A stretch of 54,261 nucleotides of DNA, counting the filler, from Streblomastix strix (taxonomy: Eukaryota), in NCBI GenBank assembly GCA_008636045.1. It is 3 parts of 3 records of this genome, joined end to end, with 100 filler letters (N's around TTAATTAATTAA, not from the genome) between each part and the next. Parts side by side here need not be neighbours in the genome. Positions count along the whole stretch, not along the records: positions 1 to 18,026 come from SNRW01000646.1; positions 18,127 to 36,149 come from SNRW01000647.1; 1 more part is not named here. One strand, 5' to 3'. Below, in pieces: positions 9,929 to 22,719 of the stretch. The stretch's first letter is position 1. Each line of letters opens with the position of its first letter. The notes under the pieces are model-generated. The model saw nothing but the letters and a program-made list of their open reading frames with translations. It was not told where the DNA came from and made no database searches. The position numbers and the translations under genes are program-made.

Positions 9929-12835
9929 TCATACAATTTAAAAAGCAGATATTCCAATTGTTTAATAATATGGTCAATTATTCGTATTTAGATACAAAAT
10001 TAACTTTTATGTCCCATTACTATATGCTGCATAATATGTTTGTGAAAATAAATCACCATGTTATATAGAAAATACAAAACTACTTGGCACATATGTGTTT
10101 GGAATTTGGCGTACATTAATATTAAGACTACCGCCTACTGTTATTTCACTTTTTGCATATACTTGAGTATAAAAAAAGTATTATCTTCCAATTTTACAGT
10201 ATTACAATGTGTTAAAATTTAATTATGATGACTTACCCGTGACCGTTGATGTTAAATCTTCAAATCCTCCAAACGAGGACAGCAAGACATCACCTCCACC
10301 AGCCAATAAAACCGATTTATCATCTTTGCCTGTTTTAGCAAATCCAGCAGCATTAACAATTGAATTGAATGTTTTTATGCCATATATCGTTTAATTATCA
10401 TAACGACTAACAAAAGCATTATATATTTCTCCTCTTGTTAAATAATCTTCATTATACTCAGACATTGATAATTCTTCATCATCTCTTCGTAATAATCCAT
10501 GAATTATTTAAAATTCTTATCCCGTTTTCTTCACATAATTTATATCATCAACGCTTCCACTTACGAATTCACTAATTAGCTTAGTGCCACCAGCTCCAAG
10601 TAATACAACAGTATCATCAGCGCCAGATTTAACAAACGACGCGCCTATAATTGTTGCCATTCCATCGATAGAACTTACGAATCTACAAGTATTATTGAAT
10701 GTCTTGTTTGCTGTTATTGTCTATGATGTGTCTAAGGTCATGTAACCACTTAAATCAGCATCATCAACTTCAATTTATGATATCAAATAATCAGTTTCTG
10801 TTTTGGTATAAGTTGTTGATTGATTTGCTTTCAACAACAGCAAAGCGTCATCCTCTCTTTTTGTATATGAAACTCCTGAATTTGCTTTATCATCGAGTAG
10901 ATTATCGGCTTCGCCTTTAGTGTAAGCATCAATCAATTATGTTTTGTCTGCCTTCAATAATAGCAAAGTGTCAACCTCTCCCTTTTTATATATGAAACTC
11001 CTGAATTTGCTTTATTATTTAGCAGATTATCGGCTTCTCCCTTAGTGTATGCATCGATTAATTATGTTTTGTCAGCCTTCAACAATAGCAACGCATCATC
11101 TTATGTCTTAGTGTACGCATCAATTTAATCGCTTACGTTTAAATTTAAATTTAATTTTAGTCTGTTTCAGTTTATGAATATGTTTATGATTTATTATAAT
11201 AGTTTGAAAAATCTACACTTGCATTTATGTCCTATATTGCCTTAACACCACCACCTGCACAAACAACTGAATTGTTATCGTAATTTTAAACAGATATTCC
11301 GACTGAGTGGATAGTTGTATTAAATGTCTTTTAACCTGTAATAGTTTCATCATAGTTAGTCGTTATAAATGAACTGTTTTTCGCAGGTATTAATGCATTT
11401 CCATCAAAAGATAAATCTGTTATTGCATTGCCTCCTCCTGTAGAAGCTCCAAGAATAGTCATGACGTTGCTCATATCTGGCAGTTCTGTTTCTAGTGCTC
11501 GAAGACTAGCACCATCCCACCAATAATCCATAACTTATTTATCAACTATATATAAATATCACCTATTGCTGATTTAGCAACGTTTTCCTAATCTTCCATC
11601 CAAGTGTTCATCTCATCCGTAATCGCAAAGACATATCCTTTTGATTTGCCTGATGCAATATCTCGAACTTCTTATAGTTATGGCTGTGATACTAATGAAC
11701 TTACTAGCATATCACCACCGCCAGCAATAAGAATAGAAGCATCATTTTTATTCCATTTCGATATGCTTGAAACACTTATTATTCCGAATTATTTTTGACC
11801 TGTTATTGTTTGTGCCGAAGTTAAATCAACATAATCTGCTAATTCTGTTTTGTCAGCCTTCAATAATAGCAGAGAATTATCTTCCTATTTATTATAAGCA
11901 TCATATTATTCAGTAATATTTAATTTGTCGTGGAGTAGGGCATCGGCTTCTGTTTTATTGTAAGCATCAATTTAATCGCTTACGTTTAATTTGTCGTCGA
12001 GTAGTGCATCGACTTCAGTTTTATTATATGCATCGATTTAATAAGATATATTTAATTTGTCGTCGAGTAGGGCATCGACTTCAGTTTTATTATATGCATC
12101 AATTAGCTCAGATTTATAAGCCTTCAATAACAGCAACGCATCATCTTCTTATTTACTATAAGCGTCGATTAAGTCAGAAATATTTAATTTGTCATCGAGT
12201 AGAGCGTCGACTTCAGATTTATTATATGCATCAATTAGCTCAGATTTATAAGCCTACAATAACAGCAATGCATCATCTTCTTATTTACTATAAGCATCGA
12301 TTTAGTCAGAAATATTTAATTTGTCATCGAGTAGTGCATCGACTTCAGATTTATTATATGCATCAATTAGCTCAAAAATATATAATTTGTCGTCGAGTAG
12401 GGCATCGGTTTCATTCTTCATGTAAGCATCTATTTAATCGGTTATATTTAATTTTTCATCGAGTATTGCATCTGCTTCCTATTTATTATAAGCATCGATT
12501 TAATCAAAAATATTTAATTTTAATGCTTGCAATTCATCATCTTCAGTTTTCGAATATGCATCAATGAGCTCTGATTTATTAGCCTTCAACAACAGCAGAT
12601 CATCATCTTCATATTTGGTGTATGCATCAATTTAATCAGATATATTTAATTTTTTATCTAACATTTCATCAATTTCTTCACGATTATAAGGTTCAGGAGC
12701 TTCATTAATTATATTTATTAAATTTTCAATATTTTTTATTTCGTTAATAAAGCCAATAGTGTTATACTTACTTGAACCATAAAACACTTAATCATGATTT
12801 AACACAGCATCAAGCATATGCAAATCTCCGTCCAT
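9929..12835 (-). CDS. Fibre/tail-fibre-like repeat protein (mildly disrupted)
   Basis: ~21-aa repeats (DAYNKTEVDALLDDKLNISQI, YTKGEADNLLNNKANSGVS), DYWWDG motif, SFVKSGADDTVVLLGAGG-type shaft repeats; homologue at 41782. Confidence 0.75.
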
Positions 12836-12866
12836 TTTATAAAAATAAAAATAATTTATTATGGCA

Positions 12867-13430
12867 TCAAATTTTATTTAACACTGTCATTAATCCTTTA
12901 GATACTGCACTAATAATTTTGCTTGTTATTTCTCCTAAATCTAAAATACTTGTTATTTTTCTTATTTTTTATAAACAAATTTTATAGCTATCCCTTAATA
13001 AATTTACTTTTTCGACGTCGAGCTTTAATATATTTACGTTTCCAATTAATATCTCATTTAATGTTTATGTTAAATCGCTGCAAAACCTACCACAACATCC
13101 TTCATCCTCTATACTCAATTAAATTTAACTTTCTGGAACGTCAAAAGTGCAAGCATCAACCCCAACCAATTAATTTTCAGGTAAAAATGAAATGCGCTGA
13201 TTCTTTAACCATATGCTTGTCTTCACTAATGATATCTAACAGCCAACGACACATTGAAGGGTCAGGAGTTAAAGTTTCTTCAAATATTGAACTTCTGCGC
13301 CTAGCTGACAACGTGGGCGTTTCACATCTGATAACCTATGCCTGAAATGGGTTGCTGAAACTGGGTTGCTGAAATGGGTTAATTTTTTTTCAAATTATGG
13401 TTCTATTTCTGGAATTGTAGGACTCTTCAT
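12867..13430 (-). CDS. Conserved ~187-aa hypothetical Polinton protein (SxRRRSSIFE), frameshifted
   Basis: ARRRSSIFEETL...LLDII.EDKH..KESAHFI...SKGLMTVLNKI aligns by eye with 41129-41689. Confidence 0.75.
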
Positions 13431-13491
13431 TTTATTCATGTTAAAAATAAATAATTATTCACGTTAAATAAAAATCGATAATTGAATTGAT

Positions 13492-13588
13492 TATAGATTT
13501 GGCATGTGCCCAGAGGGGGTGGGCACTTAGGGTGAGCACTCACTTTATTATAGAAAATAGCTGCCAACCTGCTAATCTGCCAATTGAT
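13492..13588 (+). promoter_or_regulatory. Internal near-identical copy of the TIR cassette between two divergent genes
   Basis: tatagatttggcatgtgcccagagggggtgggcacttagggtgagcactcac...gctgccaacctgctaatctgccaat; lies between ATG 13430(-) and ATG 13682(+). Confidence 0.65.
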
Positions 13589-13681
13589 ATAAATAAGATA
13601 AAAAACTAAAAAAAAAATAAACTTATTTTAAAAATAAACGAGTTTGTTTTATTTAAATTTGATTTTTTTAACAGGTAATAA

Positions 13682-16084
13682 ATGGAAGGCAATAAGAATC
13701 CAACAACTGACTCTAATTTGAGTTCTATTTTATTTGCAATTGATGCTTTGAAATCATCATAAAATGGTTAATAAAACAAACAAATATTTAAATAATTCGA
13801 TTAAATTTATACTTAAACACTTGGCGATAGAATTAGAGATGCAACAACAGATTTATATAATTATGTTAAATTTCCAACGAATAAAAATATTGGATATAAA
13901 TCAGGATAGGCAATAGATATTGCAAAGTTCTAAGGGTTAGCAATTATAGATATTGAAATAAATAAATCATTAAATGATAAATAAAGAAAATAAATAAGAG
14001 ATTAAGTAATTAAACGACTTGGCTAAGTGATTGAACTAATCGGACTTGTTTAAATGGCTCATGGAGGACTACATTTATTTTGTAATTTATACGGTTATAA
14101 TATAAAAAATAATTCATAAATCAAAGTTTATAAGAATGAAAATTATGAGATTGATTTATTTTGTTGCATTAATGAAAATAACATTGGATAGTATAAGCTG
14201 GTTCAACAATTAGAGAATCGACAAATAATGAAAGATAAATATTAAAATATATTGATTTAAATAATTATAAATCTAAATAATTTATGGCCCCTCTTGAGTG
14301 CATATCGGATTTATTAGGTATCGACCTGTAGCAGTAAGTTGATGAAGAAATATCTTATATATCTGATAAAGGAACCACTTAATTATCACGTTCTTATGCA
14401 GAGTTATTAATTCAAGGTATAGAAGGATTAGAGATTCATAATGATGCTTAAAAAAATAGAAAAAGAAATAAGCTTATTAACTTTGTTTTCAGGACTCAAT
14501 GGATTAATTAATTGTGGATTTAATGAAGAAGAGATTGATTAAGCTTATGAAGATATTAAAGAAAGCAATAATTTAACAAGTAATGCAATGGAGTAATGGG
14601 AACAGAAAAGATAAGATTTAATGATAAAAAATTCATATTCAATTTATAGAAAATTATTAAATATCACAACAAATAATATTATGAAAATGTAATATTGCCA
14701 GAGCTCAGAAAATAAAATAATTAAAATAAAAATATAACTGAAATTTAAATATTTGAAATTGATTTACATGATGATTTTAATTTAGTTGATATAAAAAAAA
14801 ATATACAAAGGACGAAGAAGTAATAACGGACCTAACTAAAATAATGCGGATTGTGGAGTCGAGAATGGATTTCATTGTCAAAGCATATGATGTTCATGCT
14901 AAAAGATACATATTGGAACATAAGACATAAGAGGGTATGTCTGATGTTTTAAAAACAATGATGTTATGGAAAGATGGCAAAAAATAATCAACTGTATGGC
15001 ATATATTCGAAAAATATACAGCATTACTTAGCATATAAGGTATAAAATTTAATGAAAAAGAACCTTAAATTTTCTCATTGTTTTAAAGATGGAAATATGA
15101 ACTACTTGAAAAATATAATAAAAATATAATAAAATAATATTTAGATTTAATGTTAAATATTATTTGTTCAGGCGATGAAAAATTATATAATTATGTAATT
15201 AATTGGATAGCTTATATACTTCAAAATGCGGGAAGGAAGACCGAATCATCACTCGTTTTAAAAGGAAATTAAGGCATTGATAAGAACAAATTTGCAGATG
15301 TTTTTTGTGAGCTCATGGCGGGCTACAGCTGCAAAAATTGCACAAATATAAAAGAACTTACAGGAAATTTTAATATAATAGTTGAAGGAAAGGTCTTGAT
15401 TATAGCCAATGAGATGACAAATTTTGGAGAGGATAAACGAGCAAATAATGAAGGTTTAAAATCAATAGAATCCGATTATACAATTAGAATTAATGAAAAA
15501 AATTAACCTCGTCGTGATGCTGAGAACGTAGCAAATTTTATATTCGTTTAATATAATCCTTATCCTGTAAAAATTGAAGCAAGTGATAGGCGATATGTTG
15601 TGCTAAAATGTAGTCCAATTCATAAAGGAGACAGTCAATATTTTAAAGAATTATGCAATAGTTAGGATATCAATTTTTACAATAATTTATTTACTTTCTT
15701 CATGCAATAAGATTTGAAAGATTTTGATATGCGACAATTACCGATGACAGAGGCAAAACGCGATATAATTAAGGCTAGCAAATCATAGATAGAAGATGTG
15801 ATATTGAAGCATTTGGACGAATTTAAATAAGGTGTTCCATGTGTAAGTGCTTCATAATTTAAGCCTGATAATATGAAACAATAATTCTATGAAATTGGAA
15901 TAAATATATATTGCGAACATAAAAAAATAAAAAAATAATCAATTCGTAAATGGTGTTATGAACTAAAACAAGAATATTATGCTTAGTTCGAACTGTTCAA
16001 AGATGAAATGGATAATGATGATGAACTTGAATTTAAACCAATGAAGATAAGCCATAACCATTAGAATAAACATTAGATGTTTGA
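13682..16084 (+). CDS. AEP-type primase (prim-pol) fused to SF3/D5-like helicase; frameshifted
   Basis: LAIIDIE and GLVQMAHGGLHLF (AEP motifs); LVLKGNQGIDKN (Walker A with G>D), LIIANE, KIEASDRRYVV (helicase). Confidence 0.85.
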
Positions 16085-16464
16085 ACTAGCGCAGCAACAT
16101 CCAATAGACTTTATTTTTGGTTCCAGCCATGAGAAATATATAAATGTTTCTCATCTATTGGCAGATTGGCATGTTGGCAGCTATTTTCTATAATAAAGTG
16201 AGTGCCTACCCTAAGTGCCCATCCCCTCTGGGCACATGCCAAATCTATAATTGTTCAATTATTAACGGGATTCACTAACGATTTTTACTAACCAATTCAT
16301 AAGCAAATTTATATATAAATTCATCAATGAATTTATAAATATTATATATTTTATGTTCATTTCACTAATGAATTCACCAATAATTTTAGGTTTCCGAATA
16401 TAATAAAATTCAATAAAATTTTATTTGTTCAAATCCATCAACAAATTCCATCAACTTCACCATG
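16037..16464 (-). repeat. Right TIR (single cassette copy)
   Basis: Reverse complement of 1-700 lacking two of the three tandem units. Confidence 0.93.
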
Positions 16465-16730
16465 TAGTTATGAGAATATGGAGAGTGTCATACGTTCAAA
16501 AATCAATATCATTAATCAATTCATTAATCAACTTCATTAATCAATTCAATTAATCAAATTCAATATTTTCAAACAATAATTTTAATCAAGTAAATATTTT
16601 TATTTTACATTATTTTAAATCCATATTTATTAATTATTATTTATTTTCATAATTTTATATTCATTATTTTATTTAACATTATTTATTTTATTTTTCTATG
16701 TGGGGCACTCTCCATATTCTCATAACTACT
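16464..16730. repeat. Terminal ~267-bp module bounded by 24-bp perfect inverted repeats, ending in ACTACT
   Basis: gtagttatgagaatatggagagtg (16464-16487) vs cactctccatattctcataactac (16706-16729). Confidence 0.92.
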
Positions 16731-17300
16731 GACAAAGCACCAAAAATCTCGAGCCCATAGATGTTTATAAAGCGGTTAAAGTGGAGGATGAGCGTTTATT
16801 GATATTAGCAAAAATAAAAAATTATAATGAATACAAATAGAAATTCAAAAACTGTTTGATAGCAGTTTCAGTTGAAAGATAACGAGCAAAATATATTGTA
16901 GGGTTAGGAATTCTCTAAATTGATTCACGCAGTTCTTTTAAACATTTCACTATAAACAAAATTTAAGGAAGATTATAAATATTGTTTATATTTATTTCAA
17001 GTAGAAAATCAAATATTTAAACTATACTTATCTTTTGCTTAGAAAAAATCTGATCAAACCCCAACCTGTGAAATATCAGAAAAAAAATCAAAATGTGCCA
17101 AGTTTACGACGGAATGGCTGGTGCAGTACAGGCTATAAAAGATGACTACAACAGAGGATTGAAGTATAATTTTCAATAAATAATCTCATTTGATTAAAAA
17201 TCTGTAATTTACTTTTTTTTTGATTTTTCTCAATTATTTAAAACTTTATAGAGGGCTGATGCTTGGTTTGACAGTTGTTGCATTTGCACTATTCGCATGA
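16731..17300 (+). pseudogene. 3' part of a host surface-protein gene interrupted by the element
   Basis: Open frame starts immediately after ACTACT. GT..AG introns; spliced end ...DDYNRGLKGLMLGLTVVAFALFA* resembles a GPI signal. Faint similarity to 29196-30193. Confidence 0.45.
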
Positions 17301-18026
17301 AGTCTCTGAGAGGCTATGAATATAAGTGTAAAGAGGGAAAATCCAAATAATAGAAAGAAGATGAAAATTCCAAATAGTGACTTAATAATCGATGAAATTA
17401 TTTTCCCTACTTTTCATTCACTAACACAGTAAACATCGTTATTTAATAAAAAATACGATATATTTAACCAATTAATCTTTGATCGAAATTTTTAATAATT
17501 CTAAAAATAATGCATAATTTATAACTTTGGAACAGATTAAATGCAGTTGATTTCATCTAGATTATATCATTCCGAAGGAAGCTACACAGAAATTGGTGCT
17601 TCGTCTACGCGACAGGCTTTAAAACCGACTTTGAAAGTGTTATTTTCCTTCGCTTTACATGATTAATTAACCACAACATTCATATTCTCATTTATAATAT
17701 CTAGTTCAATTTATATGCATTTGCTGGTTGAATAAAACGTGCAAATGATTAAATAAGATTTTATATCTGCTTAATTTTTTTTATTTATTTAAATAGCTAA
17801 AAAATAATAATTATTTGTGTGCTAATAGTTGATTGAAACTGAATGTTTGAATAATAAGACTTCAATTTGAGTTATTAACAGTCAAAATTTATTCAGATTA
17901 TCTTTATTGCTCTTTCTTCTTCAATCATACTCGTCCAAATCTTAGAAAGGACTATCTTCACAATCTTATTTCTTATCCATTATATCATCACTTTGATTCC
18001 ATATTTATTCTTATTCATCTACTTCT

Positions 18027-18126
18027 NNNNNNNNNNNNNNNNNNNNNNNNNNNNNNNNNNNNNNNNNNNNTTAATTAATTAANNNNNNNNNNNNNNNNNN
18101 NNNNNNNNNNNNNNNNNNNNNNNNNN
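18027..18126. other. Artificial contig linker (Ns + TTAATTAATTAA)
   Basis: Exactly 100 nt with a central six-frame TAA spacer. Confidence 0.97.
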
Positions 18127-18317
18127 AGAACTTCTTCGGGCTTAGGCAAGGGAGATTTTGGTATTTCCAATTGCATTTTAAGGCTTTTTAAAAAGAAATA
18201 AAATCTTAATATCCGAAGCTAAAAAGCATGCCATTATTACTTAATTTATTTAATTATTAGATTTACTTTTAAAATTGACAATATTAACTTATGTTGCATC
18301 TGCCAACCGGAATCACC

Positions 18318-18720
18318 GAATTATATATATAACTTCATGTACAAATGTCTAGACCGCAAGCGATTTCATTTTGTTCTTGCCGATACTGATTCAATATATA
18401 TTGCTGTAGCAGGAGATTCAAGTAAAGATTGCCATTAATAATTTGATGCAATAATATCAGATAAACAATTCTATGATGAACATGTAAACTAATATTTACC
18501 AGATCCTAAAAAAAAGACATTTATGACTATAAAAAGATATTTGGATTTGGAATAGAAAATGATGGATATTAGCTTATTTCACTAGGACCTAAGTGTTATT
18601 CAATGATTGTACGCAAATGGGACAAAGAAAAATTACAATTTGAATTTAAACCAAAAATTACATCAAAAAGAATAAGTAAGACATAAGAAATATCTCATAA
18701 TGATTATGTTAATGTAATTA
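18318..18720 (+). pseudogene. pPolB C-terminal relic (Polinton family B)
   Basis: NYIYNFMYKCLDRKRFHFVLADTDSIYIAVAGD...LGPKCYS; highly similar to 36523-36920. Confidence 0.88.
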
Positions 18721-20431
18721 ATATATATATTAATTTATTACGACTTTCACAACTAAGATCTAAACTAATTATTACGTATAAATAAAATATCAAAATGACA
18801 AATCAACTTATTCAGAAAACAATTATCAAAAATCATGCACATATAAACACTTCTCCAACTCTTTGCGTAGGATGAATCAGCGTTTCTAGTGGAATAATAA
18901 TTCAGATTAAAACATAATTTAAAAATAATATATTATTTTTATAAAAATGAATTAATAAATAAATAATTATTATAAAAAAAAGTTCAAATACCAGTAATTA
19001 GGATCAAGATCAATATGTGAGCAATCATCATAGTAACTTGAGAAATATTAGAAAAGTATTTGATAATAAAATATATTAATTAAAAAATTTTAAATTTTAA
19101 AAAAAATAATAAAAACAGGCCAATAATTAAATAAAATAAAATACATTCTGAAGTTCATGTGCTCCAAATCAGCTGAAGTGAATTAGCGAACTGAAGGGGC
19201 ATAATTCAAAGTACTCATATGAATTTCAGATGATGTTATACAATTTGACGTTATGCTACAGAAAGTTAACAATCTATAGGTTGCACGGTTTGAGGCTATA
19301 CTACTTGTGGTTAAATTATTTAAAATTCTCGCGGTTTTTGTTTCTTGCAAATTGAACATAAGTTCTATTAAGAAAGCCAGTTTTATGATCAAACGCTATG
19401 AACCTGATTTTAAATTGTAAATTAGTATATACATGGTGGTGGAGAAGTCCATCCGTCGAACTTTTCTACATACTCATAGAAGGCATTTTAATTTATTATA
19501 AATAAGTATGTTTCGTATGATGTCATAGAAAATTTGAATTGCTTGCTTTTATGATTGGAAGTTTATTCATTACAAAATGATAATTTTTATATATATGAAA
19601 ATTGAAAATTTTTAAAATCGTATCATAACTATATGATTTTGATTATATTTGATGTAATGAATATATATTTGTATTATGTATGTAAGATATATATAATATA
19701 TTATATATACACTAAAATTGGAACACTTCTCAAAAACTCAAAAATAGGGAATTTTCCTATAATTTTTTAAAAAGCCAAAATTTTATAATAAATATTTTAT
19801 AGCGATTTCTCTTCTAAAATTAATTATTTTAATAATATATTGTTAGTGCTGGTATAAATAATAATAAATATAAAAGATAAAATTGAAAACTAGAATAAAT
19901 AAAAAATATAAATAATAATAATTATATTCAAATACCTGATGTACGCATGCTCTGCATGTTTCAACTCGTGTTTTTTTTGACCAATTAATAATTTCAGGTT
20001 TATTTTTATTTTCTTTTTATTTTCTTTATCCTTTTCGTTCAACGTTGTTATTCTCTTCATCTTAATTGTTCACTTAATTATTGTCTTACTGCAATAACGG
20101 TTAAGGTTAATCTGGATAGCAAGCAATAATTCTTCTCTAAATTAATAGATGAATATAGAAACAGATAAAAATAAAATTGATTTATCAATTTGAGAAAAAG
20201 TTGAAAAATAAATATTATTTTCGTTATTTCAGTTTTATTTTTTTTGTTATTATTAGTAAAATACATACATATATTTCCATTCTATTAATATGTTTCCTTG
20301 AGTATCTTTCCTGGAAAATCGGGCAGATTGTACTGTAATAAGGAAAATGCGATAACCTCTACATTTCATTACGAGATTACCTAATTATCCACTTAATATG
20401 GACTATCCTTTTTATTGTGAGACAGCAACTT

Positions 20432-21720
20432 ATGGAAATGGGTCCAGTCAACCGAAAAAAGGCAAATATTCATATATGAGCGACTCCACTAAATTGAACT
20501 AAGTGCAATCTCAAAAAGATCCGCCAAGTCAAGAAATACCAAAAATAATACCTGAGACTCAAGGTACCAGCAAGGATATATATTGCAATGCTCTTCATAA
20601 ACATCTATTTTTTGTATAATTAGTAATATAAAAGAAGTTTTAAGCGACGATGATGATTACGAGTCACAACTTAAAGATGAATATATGGAAATAAATTGGT
20701 GTGAGGTCTTCGTGAGTGAGAGAGATGGCGAAGTCTCCGTTCGTTATTGTGTCCAAATTAAAGCGATTGTGAAGGAAAATGCGTATTTTGAATCAGTCAC
20801 TGGACTAGAGTTGCATCATAACTTTTGGGAAATTGAGTCTCCAGAAGATATGAAAATCTGAACAGCTTGTTTTCTATCAAATGCTGCTTAAATTTAATCT
20901 TCCCGCATGATCGAGATAGTATGGTCTTAATCATAAAAAATTATATTCACAAGTCAGGTGAAACCTTCAAGTGAAGTATTCGTACATCATAATATGGTAT
21001 CAATCAGGTGTAAGCGTGATTAAAGCCAATCCGCTGAAAATTCTACTAAGAATTCACAGCAAGCCTAGTTCTAGAAACAGATATAATTGTACTCCAAGTT
21101 CAACTAACTAACTGATTAGATAGTCGAACAAGACCTCGTAGCGACGATTGAAGTTGTATTGAAGAAACAGGTGTCGAAGATAGATGCCTTAAATTATTCT
21201 CTTGAACCGGTTGCTAGACAGAAGCTGTTCGATGAAATTTCTTGGTCTGGAGCTAATATCATCCTCCCTATGCCTGAAATTGGACCCTTACTGAATGAAG
21301 AAGAACAAAATTACGCGACGAGAGCGTTTAAATCCTCTGTTGCAGCGATTTAAGTGAAGACAATGTTAATAAACGATGCAGCTAGAAATGATACAGATAA
21401 CTTGGTAGGGAAGATGTTAAAAGTGTTTGAAACTTCATTAATTTCAGTTTCTGATCATAAAATTGAAAGAGAATCGAGGTTAAAAGGAATATATTAAGAG
21501 CCATAGACTGAAGATGTGCTATCATAACGAACTAAAGAGCGATATTTAAAGAAAACTGGGAAATAAATAATCATTAGAAAAGAAAATTTGAAAACACATT
21601 TGGCAGATGTAGCAGTTAAAATAGAGTAAGAAAACGCCATAGAAAGAGAAACTAACAGTTTGAACAAAGAAGAGGACTTAGTTTAGAGTTTAAATCAAAA
21701 ACTTTCAGATCGAATACTGG
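20432..21720 (+). pseudogene. DIRS ORF1 (gag-like), boundaries approximate
   Basis: Long degenerate coding-like frame ahead of RT (includes supplied ORF 21159-21353). Identity inferred from position. Confidence 0.55.
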
Positions 21721-22719
21721 ATAATATCATATTGATGATATGCACTTTCCCCAGAGCTTCAAAATAACGAACTGATTTCAATCACTTCAAATAATTCAAT
21801 CCAACTTCTATATGCACCGACTTCTATTCAAATTGTATTAAACAATACATCATTGTAAAAATATTTTTCACTCCAAAGCTCAACTAAACAACAAGAAGAG
21901 TTCAAATCAAATTCAACAAAACAAGTATCTCTACTGAATTAGAATAATCAAATATAACAATTGAATATACTTCATAAATAATTAAACAGTAATTCGAAGC
22001 AGTGTGTAGTGAAAATAAATCCTTTGATCGTACAAAATAAATAGCAGAATGAGCCGAAGGTTGGGATATAAAATTTTTTGACCCCGCAAATATATATGAA
22101 TAGCGCGGAATTAAATCAGTGCATTTGGAACGAAGTTCCTTTGACCCTGAATAGATGGCAAAATAAGAAGTAGCGCGTTGGGAGAGAAACTTTTTGAACC
22201 CTACCATATAACATGAATCAACAATAGTGCGTTGGGTGACAATCCCTTTGACCCTGAAAAATAAATCTAGAAGAACGATTAGATGTAAGTTAGAGGATCA
22301 AATCCTGGAATCAATGTACGCACCACAAACGATCTAAACTGTTTGTCTAGCTAATAAGGATCTAGAATACCACAATTTCCAAACATCTCTGAATGACCCA
22401 ACTAAACTTGAGTCAACTTAACCAATTGACATTCTAGCAAAAAGTTAGAATTATTAATAATGCCCAATTTATCAAACCTTGTTAATTTCAAATAAAGATT
22501 AGCCTTCAATCAAACAATAATTATTATACAATAATCAACAAATTATTAATAAGATAAGTCCCAAATCCTTACCATCTCCGATATACAATTAACAAAAAGA
22601 ACAAACTAAAACAGAAATCAAATTTAGAAACAATTTAGAACATCTACTCTTCGAGACTCTCCAGAATCTTTAAATCATTCAATTATTAGAAATTCTTTAA
22701 GTGTCTATTAGTTGGACAA

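Larger units (their letters stand above)
1..16730. mobile_element. Polinton/Maverick-like endogenous virus, family A (left terminus cut by contig start; internal deletion; several frameshifts)
   Basis: Long TIRs (1-700 vs 16037-16464) and right terminus ...CATAACTACT (reverse complement of the AGTAGT Polinton end). Encodes pPolB, rve integrase, Walker-A ATPase, primase-helicase and a fibre-like protein when read with TAR=Gln. Confidence 0.93.

Noticed and set aside
11830..12680. 63-bp periodic repeats as a non-coding array
   Set aside because: They translate in frame as the fibre protein's 21-aa repeats.
13642..13681. Splice-acceptor-like T-tract+CAG before element ATGs (also at ~2960-2978)
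   Set aside because: Putative introns would be 33 nt or less, shorter than the host introns seen here; AT-richness explains it.
16731..16736. 6-bp target-site duplications (GACAAA; AACAAC at 49728)
   Set aside because: The partner left flanks are not in the window, so they cannot be confirmed.
18027..18126. TTAATTAATTAA palindrome and any synteny across the gaps
   Set aside because: Artificial linker; the three segments are 18026, 18023 and 18012 nt, consistent with length-sorted concatenated contigs.
18127..18235. Possible third SxRRRSS gene start on the minus strand (KSPLPK..RRSS)
   Set aside because: Needs a frameshift and is cut by the contig edge; too little evidence.
19140..19500. 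Coding-like patch (supplied ORF 19183-19392)
   Set aside because: No recognisable motif in the frames examined.
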